A stretch of DNA of 64,000 nt, taken from IMG/VR virus record IMGVR_UViG_2799112320_000001, positions 3,606 to 67,605 of that record; one strand, 5' to 3'. Position 1 is the stretch's first letter. Each line of letters begins with the position of its first letter. The DNA comes from a virus (taxonomy: Duplodnaviria; Caudoviricetes). Shown here piece after piece: positions 63,530-64,000 of this stretch. The notes below the pieces were generated by a model. The model was not told the DNA's origin. It was given only the letters and a program-made list of their open reading frames with translations, and made no database searches. The translations under genes and the position numbers were made by a program.

Positions 63530-64000
63530 CTACCTCACCTCCCTCACGTAGTACATCCTGTCCTCGGCGTTGTCCGTGCAGAGGCACCGCGCCGCCTCGT
63601 CGTGCGTGGTGACGGCTATCGTCGGCCCGTCCAGCAGGTCTATCGTCAGCCCCACGTGCGTGGTCTGCGACATGTGCAGCGTGCCGTCCGGGTCGATGAA
63701 CGAAAGCGTGTACACCGTCCCCTCCGGCGCGGTGAAGAACATGAAGAGCGCGCCGTCGAATTGCCCCATGATGCACGACTTCGGATTGAGCGCGAGCCAC
63801 TGGTCCTTCGTGAACATCTTGTCCGTGAGGTTCGCGCACACGGTCCCGGAGTCCGCCGAGTTCTGGATCGTCATGAGCCCCGCGTTCGACACATAGTACA
63901 CGGCGTTCCTGTAGACGCACACACCGCGCGGGGAGACGCACGCCGCAGGCCCCGCGAGCTTCGCCACGGACATGGACTCCGGCGCGGTCCCCGAAAGAAC
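63530..64000 (-). CDS. Tail nozzle / tubular protein B-like, N-terminal part (starts beyond the window)
   Basis: VLSGTAPESMSVAKL...ACVSPRGV...YYVSNAGL...TKDQWLALNP...TDNAEDRMYYV; open at the right edge. Confidence 0.75.
   Translation of the reverse strand, partial: VLSGTAPESMSVAKLAGPAACVSPRGVCVYRNAVYYVSNAGLMTIQNSADSGTVCANLTDKMFTKDQWLALNPKSCIMGQFDGALFMFFTAPEGTVYTLSFIDPDGTLHMSQTTHVGLTIDLLDGPTIAVTTHDEAARCLCTDNAEDRMYYVREVR

Larger units (their letters stand above)
1..64000. mobile_element. Temperate tailed phage (podovirus-like organisation), non-integrated form, partial genome
   Basis: terL, portal, capsid, tail, replication genes and integrase are present. attP has phage genes on both sides. 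No host housekeeping genes seen. Confidence 0.95.

Noticed and set aside
1-64000. Diversity-generating retroelement or retron
   Set aside because: No reverse transcriptase motif (YxDD in RT context) in any credible ORF and no TR/VR pair noticed. One could lie outside the window.
1-64000. Stop-codon reassignment
   Set aside because: Long genes are intact under the standard code and end in TAA, TAG and TGA. The two breaks found (26293, 63530) change frame, so read-through would not repair them.
1-64000. Host assignment (PVC-group gut or rumen bacterium suspected from repeat-domain style)
   Set aside because: Impression only. It needs a match of the attP core to a host tRNA-Gly or a CRISPR spacer hit.

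Overview
The whole window is one GC-rich, temperate, podovirus-type phage in its free (attP-intact) form. It has no host genes, and both ends fall inside tail genes, so the genome is longer than 64 kb. Layout: (1) a minus-strand morphogenesis operon from terS/terL (14.7 kb) through portal, scaffold, major capsid, decoration protein, head-tail adaptor and tail fibre to the left edge; (2) a ~1 kb non-coding region (14.7-15.75 kb) with a strand-skew flip, iteron-like repeats and palindromes (candidate pac/ori); (3) a plus-strand early arm (15.8-43.4 kb) with many small orphan ORFs, an Mrr-like nuclease moron, a ribbon-helix-helix regulatory cluster with three palindromic operators, a replication module (SMC-like ATPase, AAA_24, DUF669 SSB, intein-containing helicase, primase/AAA_25, RusA), four methyltransferase genes of which two are truncated, a DUF2829/Tad2-like fusion protein and LemA; (4) attP (tRNA-Gly 3' end) and a tyrosine integrase; (5) minus-strand virion genes: a tail nozzle gene apparently split by a 2.6 kb adhesin-repeat insert, two probable ejection proteins and a 4142-aa polyvalent protein with a Strawberry-notch helicase. 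The split nozzle, the triple-domain Tad2-like protein, the polyvalent protein, the RHH-only switch and the Mrr plus decayed-MTase pairing are the best leads. Family calls come from motif recognition by eye. No database search was run.
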